From the human T2T-CHM13v2.0 reference genome, Homo sapiens: 64,000 nt of DNA. Position numbers and translations under genes: made by a program. The notes below the pieces were generated by a model. It made no database searches and was not told where the DNA came from. It was given only the letters and a program-made list of their open reading frames with translations. The stretch is taken from the NCBI RefSeq assembly GCF_009914755.1, contig NC_060940.1; one strand, 5' to 3'. Within the stretch, counting starts at the first letter, position 1, and each line of letters starts with the position of its first letter. Positions 42,383 to 57,023 of this stretch are shown piece by piece.

Positions 42383-43519
42383 CTAATCTAATGACAATGC
42401 TGATAAATACTATGTGCCCAACCCCTCCCCTCTCAAAGCCAGGACTTGGGTGATTAGGGCCTGGCTGCTCATCACACACTCATTCTTGGGGGTCTCCTGG
42501 GCCTTCCGTCTTTTGGGCCTCTTGGAATGCAGTTATGGTTGCCCATGACCCTGTTTCAAAGACTCTTTGGTCTGGTCAATGTCCACCCTCCACTGACACT
42601 CAGGAGCAGAGGAGCCCTGGAGCTCCCCCAACCCTCATTCTCCTTGCCAGTGTCTCCCCTGCGCCATCCCGCCTCAGAAAGGGACCTTGGAAAGTCATCT
42701 TCCTCCTGGGACGCCCGGCCCATCATCACCAACAGACAGCATAGACAACAGAGTTGCCACTTGAGACTCTGCGTCAACTTCTAGCTCTACCTCTGGGGCC
42801 AGAGAACTGCCAAGTCTTCTAACCAACATACATTTGGTGATCAGAAAACACCCTGTGGTGAGAGGGGGTGGGGATCAGCGGCACAGAGGGACCTCAACTT
42901 GTGCACATTTAAGCAAACACATGAGCTTTCCAGCTGCTGAGCCGGCAGTGTGATCACGCCCCATTCCACTTTTCTTCCATCAGCAAAACAATGCCAGGCC
43001 TGAAGGGAAATGGAGAGCTGTCCTGCCCAGGACGACAGCAGCCCCTGCTCAGTTTCCTGTTGTTCTCGCGATGGCGACCGCAGCCAAGTGGCCCCTTCGG
43101 ATGCTCTGGGGGAAGCTTGCTCTGGGCTCCGCCAACTGCCTGAAAAGCACTCGCTCCGTATGGCACCTGCAGAGCCTTGTCATCGGAGAATTTTCTTCGG
43201 CCTCAGCCTTAGTGGGTGGGTCAGCATCTGCCTGTGGGGAAGAAGAATTTATTTTCTAAATTCTAGATTTACGAAAGAAAACATTTTGCCTTCAAAGCCA
43301 CTGGTGAGCCCTATTGGGTACAGGGTGTGTTGAATTTCATCCACGTCTTACCATCTCAGGACCAAAAGAGAGGACCAAAGTTGTAAAAATAACCACATCA
43401 CAGGCTGGAAAAGCCCATAAGAGAGAAACAAGGTCAGTGGTTTTTGAACTCGGTTCCAAGAAACCTAAAGGTGCCTCAAAAAGCGCATGGGGAGAGGGGA
43501 CTGTGGGGTCTACTGAATA

Positions 43520-43670
43520 TTAGCAGGGTGACTTTGGACAAATGAATTCCCTTCTGGAAACCTCACTTTCCTCATCTGTGAAATGGAGGTCATGTGCCTA
43601 CCTTCCCTATGTCATAGAGTTATTGAGAGGATGAAATGGGACAGTTCTAGGCACCTGGTGACAGCTCGAT
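43520..43670 (+). mobile_element. MIR SINE
   Basis: gtgactttggacaa...cctcactttcctcatctgtgaaatgg...tgagaggatgaaatg. Confidence 0.85.
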
Positions 43671-44110
43671 GCACTTGGACCTAGTTTCAACCTGCAGGAT
43701 GATTTGGCGGAAAGGACAAAGGGCATTTCAGGACAAAGGCTGGCAAAGCAAAGGCCAGCTGGCAGGTGTGTCTGCCATGTGTGGGGAAGGAGGAGCCGAC
43801 CCCAAGTGGCTGGGCAGGGGGTGCTCCTTAGCTTCCAAGTGCTGGCCTCTCTCACTGCCCCCCTCAGCTAAGCCTCCGTTCCAGGACACACAGACTTCTC
43901 TTTCCATCTGCCTCAGGGCATTTCCTTCCTGGACCCAAACTGATCAGAGACAGACAATGAGCTTCTTTATAACATCTTCCACAATTTAGGGTGAGGACAT
44001 ATAGAAAAGAAGTGGTCTTGCTGCTGGAAATGTTCGCAAACCCTTGTGACTACAGATTAACTTACTTCATTAGTTCTAGTAATGGTCACGGTAATAAAAA
44101 AGAAAAAACT

Positions 44111-44677
44111 TATCACCATTATCATCATCATTACTGCCATCATCGTCATCATCACCATCATCATCACCACCATCATCACCACCATAACCATCATCACTGT
44201 CACCATCACTATCACCATCACCATCATCATCACCATCACCATCATCACCATCATCACCATCACCATCATCACCACCATCACTGTCACCATCACTATCACC
44301 ATCACCATCATCACCACCATCACTGTCACCATCACTATCACTATCACCATCATCACCACCATCACCATCATCACCACCATGATCACCACCATCAACATCA
44401 TCACTGTCACCATCACTATCACCATCACCATCATCACCACCATCACCATCACCATCATCATCACCATCACCATCATCACTGTCACCATCACTATCACATC
44501 ACCATCATCACCAACATCACCATCACCATCATCACCATCACCATCATCAACATCATCACCATCATCATTACCGTCATCACCATCATCATCATAACCATCA
44601 TCACCATCACCATCACCATCACCATCAACACCATCACCATCACTATCGTCATCACCATCACCAACATCATCATCACT
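44111..44677. repeat. Compound (CAT/CAC)n trinucleotide array
   Basis: About 570 bp of catcac/catcat triplets. Confidence 0.98.
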
Positions 44678-45183
44678 GCCAAGGAGAAGCAAGGCCATTG
44701 GATGGTTGTGGACAGTAATTTCCCCAAATAGATTTAGTGAGCAGGATACAGACTGCTAACACCAACATGGGTTGAGTCAGGCTAGTGATGTGGCACAGAA
44801 TGAGACAGTGAAAGCCCCTGCCCTCAGGCAGCTAATGTTTCCAGGGGAGGAAGGAACTTGATCCATGCGCATTAGCTTGGTACTTTCACTGTGGGGCCAG
44901 TGGAAGTGAAGGGATGAAGTTGGAAGATAGAAGCTTGGCATTGTTTTGGCTTCAGCATCTCCAAGAATCGCAGATGAGCTTGATCTCACTGACTTCCAGC
45001 ACTGGGATGACAGCCTGTGTTCAGAAGAAATGTGAAGCTGCCTTCAGACTGTGTGCTTGAGACTTGCCTGACCTGGGCCTGGAGAAAGGGAGCGTAGCCA
45101 GAGTGTAGATGGAGGTCCCAACTCTAACCCACCCCCAGAGCTCACAATATTTGCAAAATTATTTCAAAAATCTTTGTGTAAAA

Positions 45184-45466
<283 letters not shown>

Positions 45467-45805
45467 TTAAAAAATTAACTGAAATGTTAAGTATTGAACA
45501 AGGTGCATATCACACAATCCTATAGGGAGAGGAAGAGGTAGGATGTTGTCAGGCACTAAAAATGTCCTGCAGGCCCTCCTAACACATCACGATTTTCCAA
45601 AGGGTGGACCCACTGGACTGATTAGAGACAGGAAGAGGCATGGGGGTGGCAAATGTATATGTTCCATTTCTAGAATTCAGAGGCCAGTTTCCTTGTTTAG
45701 GGGGGCAAAAGTGTTTAAAATAGATAAATCACAAAGGAAAAATGAAAATTGTTCAATTTTGTTGTCAAGGTTACAACTCCCGCAGCATTAAAGCTGCAAG
45801 GCTTT

Positions 45806-46128
45806 GGCCAGGCTCAGTGGCTCACGCCTGTAATCCCAACATAAATGTTGGGAGGCTGAGGCGAGAGAATCACTTGAGCCCAGGAGTTTGAGACCAGCCT
45901 GGGCAACATAGTGAGACCCTGTCTGCTCAAAAAAATTTTTTTTAATTAGCTAGACATGGTGATACACACCAGAGCCTGAGGCAGGAGGATTGCTTGAGCC
46001 AAAGAGGTCAAGGCAGCAGTGAGCTATGATGGCACCTCTGCACTCTAGCCTGGAAGAGAGAGCGAGGCCCTGCCTCAAAACACACAAACAAACAAACAAA
46101 CAAACAAAAACAGAAGAAGAAGAAGAAA
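45806..46128 (+). mobile_element. AluJ with 16-bp TSD
   Basis: TSD aaagctgcaaggcttt (45790) / aaagttgcaaggcttt (46129); (CAAA)n/(GAA)n tail. Confidence 0.95.
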
Positions 46129-46199
46129 AAAGTTGCAAGGCTTTGCTACAGAAATTTTCCTGGTGCTTCATGGAGCCTGTTTGGAGTTTCTGACTGCTG

Positions 46200-46330
46200 C
46201 CATTATGCTAATCACCACCACCGCCATCATCATCTTCCTCACCATCATTATCATCTTCATCTTCATCATCACTGTAATCATCACCATCATCATCAGGATC
46301 ACGGGTGTCATCCTTATAATTACTGTGACT
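46200..46330. repeat. Degenerate (CAT)n
   Basis: accaccaccgccatcatcatcttcctcaccatcattatcatc. Confidence 0.8.
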
Positions 46331-46867
46331 CATGTCAACAAGCAGCCCAGAGTGATTCTGTGGTTCTGAAGCTGCCGGGTGCAGGCCGGCAGCAGCAGAC
46401 TCTTCTGGGAGGAGCTTCCTAAGACTTGGACGCTTTTCTCTTCAGCTCCTCTTTACACAATTATGGGTAACCAGGAGCCCAGCATTTTATGCACCAGCTG
46501 TAGCGTCACCTCTGTCCCCCAGTTTTACCCAGAGCCTGACCTCACAAGTCAATTACAGCTGTTTTCATTGTGCTCATCAGCTTCCAGCATCCACCCTGGC
46601 CTGGCTTTCAACAGAGGGTGGATTCCCATGAACTCTATTCTTTATGACCAGCTGGTTCCGATTAGAGATGAACCAATAAAGCCGGGAGTAATATAGTCGC
46701 AGCGTGTTCCTGAACGTAGCACTTCTCCACCATGTGCTTTCATTTACCAGCTGACCAATAAAACCTAGCCTTTCAACAAGGTGGATTTCATAGCTCACAT
46801 ATTTTGCTCATTTTGGTATATGCAGCTTTTTAGAGACTGAAAAAACAGGGGGGATGACATAGGCTTG

Positions 46868-46995
46868 GTGAGTGCGTAAGTGTGTGAGCTTTGTGGGGGT
46901 GTGAGAATGTGTGTGTGCGAATATGTGAGAGTATGTGCATGTGTGTGAATATGTGAGTATTTGTAAAAGTGTATGAGTGTGAGAGTGTGTGATGT
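46868..46995. repeat. Degenerate (TG)n/(GAGT)
   Basis: gtgagtgcgtaagtgtgtgag...gagagtgtgtga. Confidence 0.8.
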
Positions 46996-47627
46996 ATTAG
47001 GTCAGACGAAGCGTCTCTCTGACAGGCAGTAAGCATTGACTTCAGAGCATCTAAGATTTCTATACAAATGCTCCTTGTCAGCACCCTTGGTTAAAAGGAT
47101 TATGAACATAAGAAGAAATATACAATATGGCATTTTCCTCCCTCATTTTTATGAGAATGAGAACTATTCCTTTCCTTTCTAAATATTTACTTTCCACCTG
47201 TTTTTTCGTTTCCCTTTAAAGATGGCCATGACTCATGAGTTTCTCTTGCCTTTGTGCTGGATGGAATTGTTGACTATGAAAACGGCAGTCACGTTTTAAG
47301 TAAGGAAAGTCCCACATTGTAGCTTTGTGGCCTGGGAGAAATTCTGTAGGAGTTCCAAAAAGAAGGAAGACAACCTTCCTATTAGGCCAGCCTGTCAAAA
47401 GAGGGCACTGTATTTTTTTAAGGTAGTTCAAAGGTGAGTAGAAAAAAATCCTTGGAAAACAGGCAGGAGTTTATCACAACCCTGCAGGGTACAAAGGTGC
47501 AGACTTGGTGCTTCTGTCTCCGGCTTGGTTCCTCAGTTAATTTCTTCCTCTCCCACATGGAGAGCTTGCATTGGGTGCAAACACCAGGCAGACAGAGGCA
47601 GCAAAAGTTCATCTTAAACAAGAAAAT

Positions 47628-48001
<374 letters not shown>

Positions 48002-48444
48002 TCAGGTACCACTCAGCAGCCCAACTCCATCTAGATCAGGAGATGGGTGATGGGAGGGATGGTCCCTGCCAATCTCTGGTGCTGTGGCTCCTTGCCTCTG
48101 TGGTTCTGCACCACAGGTCTGGCTTGCTCCCCGATGATGCTGTTCACAGCTGAATCCCCACCTAAGCGCTGTGGCTGGCATTCAGCTGGTGCGCAATAAA
48201 TGTGTGTGCCTGAATGTGTCATCAGGGAACGTGTGAGGAGGGTCCTGGGGAGGCTTGCTGAAGGAGGCAGGTTTGAGCCTGGTGGCGTGGATTCCGTTCA
48301 GGAGAGAAAAGATGGTTTTAGATGAGACTTGGAATTGAGTATTGGAATCACAAAAACAGAAGAGTGGAGACCACCAGCCTGGTCTCCTGCAAAGCAACTG
48401 GCAGGGTGCCTTTAAGAGCAGGAGCACTATAAACCATAATTTAC

Positions 48445-49300
48445 CATTCATTCATTCATTCATTCATTCATTCATTCAGGAAATGAGGCCACAATGGTGA
48501 GTGACATCCATCCCTGCCCTCCTGGAACTCACCTTCCAGGTGGGAAAGACAGAAAATCAACAGACAAGACTGTGAGATTGTGGCCAGTGCTTGATGAAAC
48601 AGAGCACTGCTGGGGTGATCAGAGAAGGCTCTTCTCAAAAATTCACGATGGAGTTAAAACTGAAGGGAAAAATGAAGGATCGCCATCCCCATGGAAGAGA
48701 CAAGAACAGCATTCTGGGGAGAGGCAGCAGTGTGTGCGGAGGCCCAAGGTGGGCTCTACTGGCCATGCCCACAGATCAGAGAGGAGCTTGAGTGGTTGGA
48801 GGTCAGTGAGGTGAGACTCTAGCACTGGTTTCTCAGCCTAGGCTATGCACTAGAAATCCAGCAATCCAGGCTGCACCCCCAGAAAGCAGAATCTGGAGGC
48901 AGGACTGAGGGGGTCAATGTTTTTTCAAGGGCTGCCAGGGATGCCCATGGGCTGCCAGGGTTGAGCACCCCAGTGCCAGGCCGGGAGCAGGTGAAGTATG
49001 TTAGAACAGGAGAACGGTGAGCTGGATTGGACACAGATGGTGTCTGTGGAGACAGACAGAAATGGTGGCATCAAGGGAAGAAAGTCTGGGCAGATGCTCC
49101 AATGCTGAGAAACCAAAGGGATGGGCGGGGGACTGCGGAAGGCTGCCCTACAGAGGGGTATTACTTGGGGTCTGAGGATGTGTAGGATTTAGACAGTTAA
49201 AGGGAGGGGAAGGACAGGAATGGTCTGGATGAGCACTGCATCCAGAGGCACAGATGAAACTGGACACTTAAGGCAGACATAGGAAGCTCGGGTGGCCAAG
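48445..49300 (-). mobile_element. L2 with (CATT)n tail, interrupted by MER5-like element (about 48820-48975)
   Basis: (cattcatt)n; ccctgccctcctggaactcacc; gcactggtttctcagcctaggctatgcactagaa. Confidence 0.65.
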
Positions 49301-49379
49301 GGGAGGGGACCCAGGAGGGGACACCCTGCGGCCAGATTGTGCAGTGCTGCAGGCTCACTGGAAACTGTCGAGTTTTCTT

Positions 49380-49790
49380 CTAGGGACTGTCCGCAAACCC
49401 AAGACGAGCACTGAGTGCCAGGAGTTTATTTGGGTGGATCCCAAGAAGCTTAGTAGCAGCGTGAGGACGTGTGACAGGGAAGGGAAGGAAGCCACGGTGG
49501 GGAGTGCTGACAGTCAGGCTTCCCTAGGGACACCTGGACTCGGACCCATCAGAGGCTTCCTGGAGACAGTGGGGAGCACCCCTCAGGTGGTCTGCATGAG
49601 CGGTGAGGGAGCTGGGGTATTGATCCTTCAACCCAAGCTGGCGGAGGCTATTCCTGGGCCATCCACCCTACAGCAACTCTTTCTGCCCCTGCGTGGGTTG
49701 AGCGTGCTCCCTCAGCCAGAGACACCCATGGGATGGGGCCACTGGTGCTGGCAGCAAGAAGCCACCTGCAAATGGACTGAGGCCCGCAGC
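49380..49790 (-). mobile_element. Old ERVL-class LTR
   Basis: gagtgccaggagtttatttgggtggatcccaagaagc...gacagggaagggaaggaagcca. Confidence 0.55.
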
Positions 49791-49894
49791 TGTGATACTA
49801 GCCTGGCTGCATGTTAGAGTCACTTGGTGACCTTAAAAAAAATAACAATAAAAGCATATTAGAGTCACTCGAAGAATTTTTTGAAGAATCAAAG

Positions 49895-50252
49895 CACACA
49901 TGCACACACACACACACACCAAACACATATCACGTTCATACATCACATACACACAAATCACACACACACATAAACACACATGGACACATACCACACACAT
50001 CACACACATCACACACATCACATACACACATCACACACTACACACAAATCACACACACATACACACACATCACACACACACACATACACACCACACATAT
50101 CACACATACACCATACACACATCACACACACATAAACACACACCACCCACACATCACATACCACACACATACACACACCACAAACCACACACACATAAAC
50201 ACCACATACACACACAACACACCACACACATACGCACACACATACACATACA
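49895..50252. repeat. Degenerate (CA)n expansion inside a MER5-like element
   Basis: cacacacatcacacacatac...; flanks ctggctgcatgttagagtcac and ccaagtgattt. Confidence 0.95.
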
Positions 50253-50687
50253 CCTGGAGGTTCAGGTTGGCCTGCGAGGCCCAGGCTCAGTATTTTTATG
50301 AGTATTCCAAGTGATTTCCAGGTAAAACCAGACAGAGATCCCCTGCCTAAGTAACAGGGAGTATTATAAGGGTTGTAGGCATGAGAGCCAACTTGACCTG
50401 AAATCTGTGTCCCAAAACTGTGCTCAGGCTCTTGATCTGGGGTGGTTATGGGTGCTGGGCAGAGGTAGCCCTGCCTGGGGAAATCAGCAGGCACTTTTCT
50501 TGGCTTGAACGTGATTGTCCGCTAAAATTTAATAACCCAGGCTTTTTCTCCGTTTCTCTTAAAGTGAGTAAGTTTTTGCTGGCATGCAAGGAAAGAAAAA
50601 CAATCAAGTACAAATATTCCTCACTTGGAACTTTTCAAAAGAGACAACGTGTAGAGGAAATGTCCAGTTGCTTCCTTTTGCAGAGGG

Positions 50688-50793
50688 TCACTGCAGCCGC
50701 GTGAACTCCTGCCTCTGAACTCATCACACAACGTCCCTCCTCACTGCAGCCGCGTGAACTCCTGCCTCTAAACTGGTCACACAACGTCCCTCC
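50688..50793. repeat. 2 x 53 bp tandem duplication
   Basis: tcactgcagccgcgtgaactcctgcctct...tcacacaacgtccctcc at 50688 and 50741. Confidence 0.92.
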
Positions 50794-51223
50794 TTAGCCC
50801 AGCGGCTGCATTGTCACTTTTCGGTAGGAGAGTGGAAATCAGGTCAACCTTCCCATTAGGCCAGCCTGTCAAAAGAGAACACTTTATTGTTTCAAGGTAG
50901 TTCAAAGGTGGATGGAAAAAAATCCCTGGAAAAACAGACAGGCGTGCATTGCAGCTCTGCACAGTACAAAGGTGGACACTCGGTGCTTCTGCCTCAGGCT
51001 TGGTTCCTGGCTCAATTTCTTCCTCTCCCACATGGAGGGTCCTCATTGGGTGCAAACACCAGCTAAACGGAGCCAGGAAAATATCACCCACAAAGGGAGT
51101 GGGCGGCCTTGCCCATCATCCGGTGGAATGGCTTCCTTGGAGGAGGCATGTTTTCTATGTCTGCATGAGGAGTGTTTTAATTTCTTCCCGTTGCTAGCAG
51201 GACAGCGTCATCCATGTGGCTAG

Positions 51224-51564
<341 letters not shown>

Positions 51565-51807
51565 CTAGAGGTAGGCTTTCCAACTTTCTGGTGAATACCA
51601 TCATTTAACGTTCACCTGCCATGTGTCAGGTAAGAAGTGACACTGGGGACTCAGCCTTGACTGTCTCATGCAGGAGGATCGGGGAACTCTTTCTGAGGAA
51701 GGTGGTGCTTTGGCTGATGCATTCCACACTTTTCTGGTTTTATTCTCTTGATGGCAAACGCTCACAAAATAGAGATGAGCAAAAGCACCATAAGAATCTC
51801 TCAAAAT

Positions 51808-51950
51808 TATGGTGACCAAGTAATTTATTAGCCAAATTGGGACACTTTGGAAGTGACAGAAGACACTGTGATTAATTGATTAATTACACCAGGAAAAACC
51901 CGGCAGGAAGCAGTGCTATTTGGAGCCAAATGGGCCATCTGGGAGCTCTG
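51808..51950. mobile_element. MER94-like hAT-Blackjack MITE
   Basis: ggtgaccaagtaatttattagccaaattgggacacttt...taattacaccagg. Confidence 0.6.
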
Positions 51951-52159
51951 CTCCTAACTCCGCTCCCAGCGGCAACCACCACCAACGTCTGGAGCACATT
52001 CTTCTGGCCCTTTTTCTACGAAGAAGTACAGACAATGTTTTCCATGAAGACGGGATCTTGCTCTGCATTCTAATTTGAAGGTGACCATGGACTTCATGGT
52101 CCTAAGTGGGAGTGTGAAGAGTGAGAGGGGAAGAGTCAGATACTCCTGCTGGGACAACA

Positions 52160-52500
52160 GGATGTAAGGCCACCGTCGCTATTTTGAATCCTGTCTTTTT
52201 TCCACTTGAAACATCATAGCATCTTTCTATTTTACTAAGTGTTTTCTTTTCCCATAAAAACATTTCTGATAGCTGCCTAGTATTCCAGCATGCAAGCGTG
52301 CCATCTCCTCAGCTGAACATGTTGATGGTCTCCCATTATTCTGCTGTCAAAACAGTGCTGGGGTGATCATCCTTTGAGCCAGTGCCTGATGCAAATCCAT
52401 GATTATTTCTCCAGGACAAATGCTTAGTTTTTAAAATGTAAATTTTAAGATTAAATTGCTAGGCAGAAAGGTATGGGCTCCTTTTAAATACTTCAGCCCT
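52160..52500 (-). mobile_element. L1ME-type fragment
   Basis: atagctgcctagtattcca...gattatttctccaggacaaatg. Confidence 0.55.
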
Positions 52501-53120
52501 GCTTTACCCAACCATCCCTTGTGAAAATTAATCCCCCCACCCCGACTGCTGGGTGTAAAGGGACAATGATGGGATGATTGTGTTTTAGATTCTTGGACTA
52601 TTTGGTAAGTGAAAAGCGGCCGTGTTGAGCATGGAGGGTGAGTGGGAACTGTCAGAAGAAGCAGGGAGGTGGGGTATTCCAAGTAGGTGGAAAGACTCAC
52701 CCAAGGCGAGGGGTAATGGAAAACTGCCCAGTTTGGAGGTTCTGTTTATCATCAATGTTTTGCATTTTAGAAAACTAGACCACCTTCATTTCTGGGCCCA
52801 TAAATAGATTGAGAACAAATACAGATTATAAATATATTAACTCATCCCACTTTGACCCTCTTTTCCAAAATAAACATAACTATTAACAATAATGGCTCTA
52901 ACACCTTCCTGTCTGCAGCCGTAGAAATAGTAACTGCATGGCCATATCTCAAACACCCTTAAGCTAGTGACACGAGGTTTTTCTGTCTCCATTTCTACAG
53001 TTGGGGAAACTAAGGCCTAGAGGAAATTCCATACTCAGCCTGTAGTCAACTTTGGGTTTCCAGTTTCCCTTTGCTGGGTTGCTGTGATTTCTAATCACAC
53101 CAGATTCCCAGGTTTCTGAA

Positions 53121-54462
53121 TATGGTGATGATGGTGATGATGATGGTGGTGGTGGTGGTGATGATGGTGATGATGGTGGTGGTGATAATAATGATTGTGG
53201 TAATGATGATGATAAGGATGGTGGTGATGGTGGTGATGGTGATGATGGTGATGATAAGGATGGTGGTGATGATGGTGATGGTGGTGATGGTGATGATGGT
53301 GATGATGGTGATGATAAGGATGGTGGTGATGATGGTGATGGTGGTGATGGTGATGATAATGGTGGTGGCAATGGTGATGATGGTGATGATGACAATGGTG
53401 GTAATGACGATGGTGGTGGTGATGATGGTGATGATGGTGGTGGTGATGATGGTGACGGTGGTGATGGTGATGATAATGGTGGTGGCAATGGTGATGATGA
53501 TGATGATGGTGATGGTGATGATGACAATGGTGGTAATGATGATGGTGGTGGTGATGATGACGGTGGTGGTGATGATGACAATGGTGGTGATGGTGATGAT
53601 GGTGGTGGCGGTGATGCTGAAGATGACGGTGATGATCATGGTGGAGATGAAGGTGATGATAATGACAGTGGTGATGGTGATGACGATGGTGGTGGTGATG
53701 ATGGTGATGATAATGGTGGTGGCAATGGTGATGATGGTGATGGTGATGATGACAATGGTGGTAATGATGATGGTGGTGGTGATGGTGGTGATGGTGATGA
53801 TAATGGTGGTGGCGATGGTGATGATGATGATGATGGTGATGGTGACGATGACAATGGTGGTAATGATGATGGTGGTGGTGATGATGACAATGGTGGTGAT
53901 GGTGATGATGGTGGTGGCAGTGATGCTGAAGATGATGGTGGTGATCATGGTGGAGATGAAGGTGATGATAATGACAGTGGTGATGGTGATGATGATGGTG
54001 GTGGTGATGATGGTGATGGTGGTGATGGTGATGATAATGGTGGTGGCAATGGTGATGATGGTGATGGTGATGATGACAATGGTGGTAACGATGATGGTGG
54101 TGATGATGACAATGGTCGTGATGGTGATGCTGGTGGTGGTGGTGATGGTGGTGATCATGGTGGAGATGAAGGTGATGATAATGACAGTGGTGACGGTGAT
54201 GATGGTGGTGGTGATGATGGTGATGGTGGTGATGGTGATGATGGTGATGGTGATGATGACAATGGTGGTAACGATGATGGTGGTGGTGATGATGACAATG
54301 GTCGTGATGGTGATGCTGGTGGTGGCGGTGATGGTGGTGATCATGGTGGAGATGAAGGTGATGATAATGACAGTGGTGATGGTGATGATGGTGGTGATGG
54401 TGATGATGATCATGATGGTGATTGTGGTGATTACAGTGATTATGATGATGGTGATGATGAAG
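53121..54462. repeat. Compound (GAT/GGT)n trinucleotide array with higher-order structure
   Basis: About 1.34 kb of gatggt triplets; flanked by MIR fragments (about 52960-53115 and 54470-54620). Confidence 0.98.
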
Positions 54463-55439
54463 ACAGCGATGACTAACAGTTATATGAAACTCACCACATG
54501 CTGGCCCTGATCTATGTCCTTTGTATAACAAGTCATTTCATTCTCATAATTACCCAGGGAGTGAGGAATTATCAGTATTCCTATTTTACTGATGACTAAC
54601 TTGAGGCTTAAAGGGTGAAGCCCTTTGTTCAATCTCAAAAATGACATTTTAAAAACACTCGTTCTGGGAGTAGTGACATACAGAAATACTCATTCTGGGA
54701 GTAGTGAAAATAAGAAGTTTTGTTTCTTTGGATGCAGAAAATATTACTATAAAAACTTGTTTTTAGCTCATTTGGGAACTAAGGTCAGCAGGGTCTCCTT
54801 GCCTTTTCTTTTCTTTCTTCTTTTTTATATATTTATTTTTAAATATTTGAGTCTCCATTTCACTCACAGTCTGTGAAAAACATTTGTCCCTTTGGAGGTG
54901 TTTATTCACCCTGGAAACCTGGCTGCCATCCAAGCGCCATTTTCCAGCTCTCAGTGTAAACCAGGGATGCACGTGCTCAAAACAGAACACAGCGAGGTGG
55001 CGCTCATTTGTTGAAACCCCCTCGAACCCCACATTGTTTACTTCCTTGCTTTCACCTTGTTTATTGTACCAAAAAAACCCAGCACAACATAAAATGAAAA
55101 CCAGGCAGAACAGGCGGAGTATGTTCAGGATTTTCCATAGGTGCTCAGCATTTTCTGATGACTTGGCAGAGGGAGGAGATGGATGAAGAAAGATCCGTCA
55201 CAGCCGTGCCGCACCAGTAGAGTCGGCTCTGTGGAAGCCTGGAGGTGCTTTACAGCCGGGCGGGTCGTGTGACAGGCTCTCCCTGAAACTTCATGGGCCT
55301 TCAAGAAGGGCACTGTGCTAGCTGCTAAGAGTCAAATGGAGGAGAAGCCTGAAATTTGTGAACGTAAGGAACTTCAGTCTAGGGTGTGGGGTGGGCAGAG
55401 AAGTAAATAGGCAACTACAATGTCACATGGGACAGTCCG

Positions 55440-55810
55440 TGGTGGGGTACAGCTGAGACCGTTCCACTTTATATCCACTTTATTGAGGATACACAAGGAG
55501 TTCATGCTTCCCTGCCTCTCTTGCAGGCAGCTGGGTGATTAGCTCTGGACAACAGACTGTGAGCAACAGTGACACGGGCCACTTTGGATCCTGGGCAGTT
55601 GAGGCAGGAATGAGTTCTCTCTACTCTTTGCTCCCTGCTGTGCCCAGGAGTGGTGCCTCCTTCAGTCTGAGTCCCTAACAATGGTGTGGAACAGGGACCT
55701 GGGCTTTCTGGAACATGCCATGTGAGTGAGAAGCAGATGTGGGTTGCATGAAGTCCCTAAGGTTTCAGGGTTTATTTCTGACTGCAGCCCAACCTCGCTG
55801 GTCCTGGCTG
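55440..55810 (+). mobile_element. MLT1 LTR (old) fragment
   Basis: cttccctgcctctcttgcag...ctgagtccct...catgtgagtgagaag...tgactgcagc. Confidence 0.5.
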
Positions 55811-56270
55811 GTACAAGGGAGCAGTTGCACAGTGCTCTGGGCAAGAGGCAGATGGCAGGGTAGACGGGGCTCAGCAAAGGCTTCCCATGGACAGGAGAGG
55901 CAAACTGAGCCCTGATGGAGCTGGCCAGGTGACCAGCAGAGGAAGAGCATTCCAGACAGAGGGAACAGCACATGCAGGTGTTGGGGGAGGACTCTGCATG
56001 TCCAGGACTGGGCGGGAGCACCCAGAGCAGACGGAGCGGAGCACGCAGGTGCAGCCTACAGGGGAGGGAGTTGGAGCCCTGGGTTGCACCCTACAGGGGT
56101 GCTCTTTATCACAGTGACCAAGGAGAGTCGCTCAGGCATATGTATATATATTTTAAACCAATTCAGCAATTCTTTAATAGTCGTTGGGCAGTTAGCTTTA
56201 TACAGATGCCTAGTGTCTTTGTCAGGCTTATAGAATGATATTTTCATTTACATTTGCCTGAGGTTGCCTT

Positions 56271-57023
<753 letters not shown>

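Noticed and set aside
43991-44731. 246 aa poly-His ORF
   Set aside because: (CAT/CAC)n artefact; the frame shifts from His to Ile/Thr mid-array
53091-54531. 440-478 aa His-rich, Ile/Thr-rich and Met/Val-rich ORFs
   Set aside because: Translations of a trinucleotide array open in several frames on both strands; no gene structure
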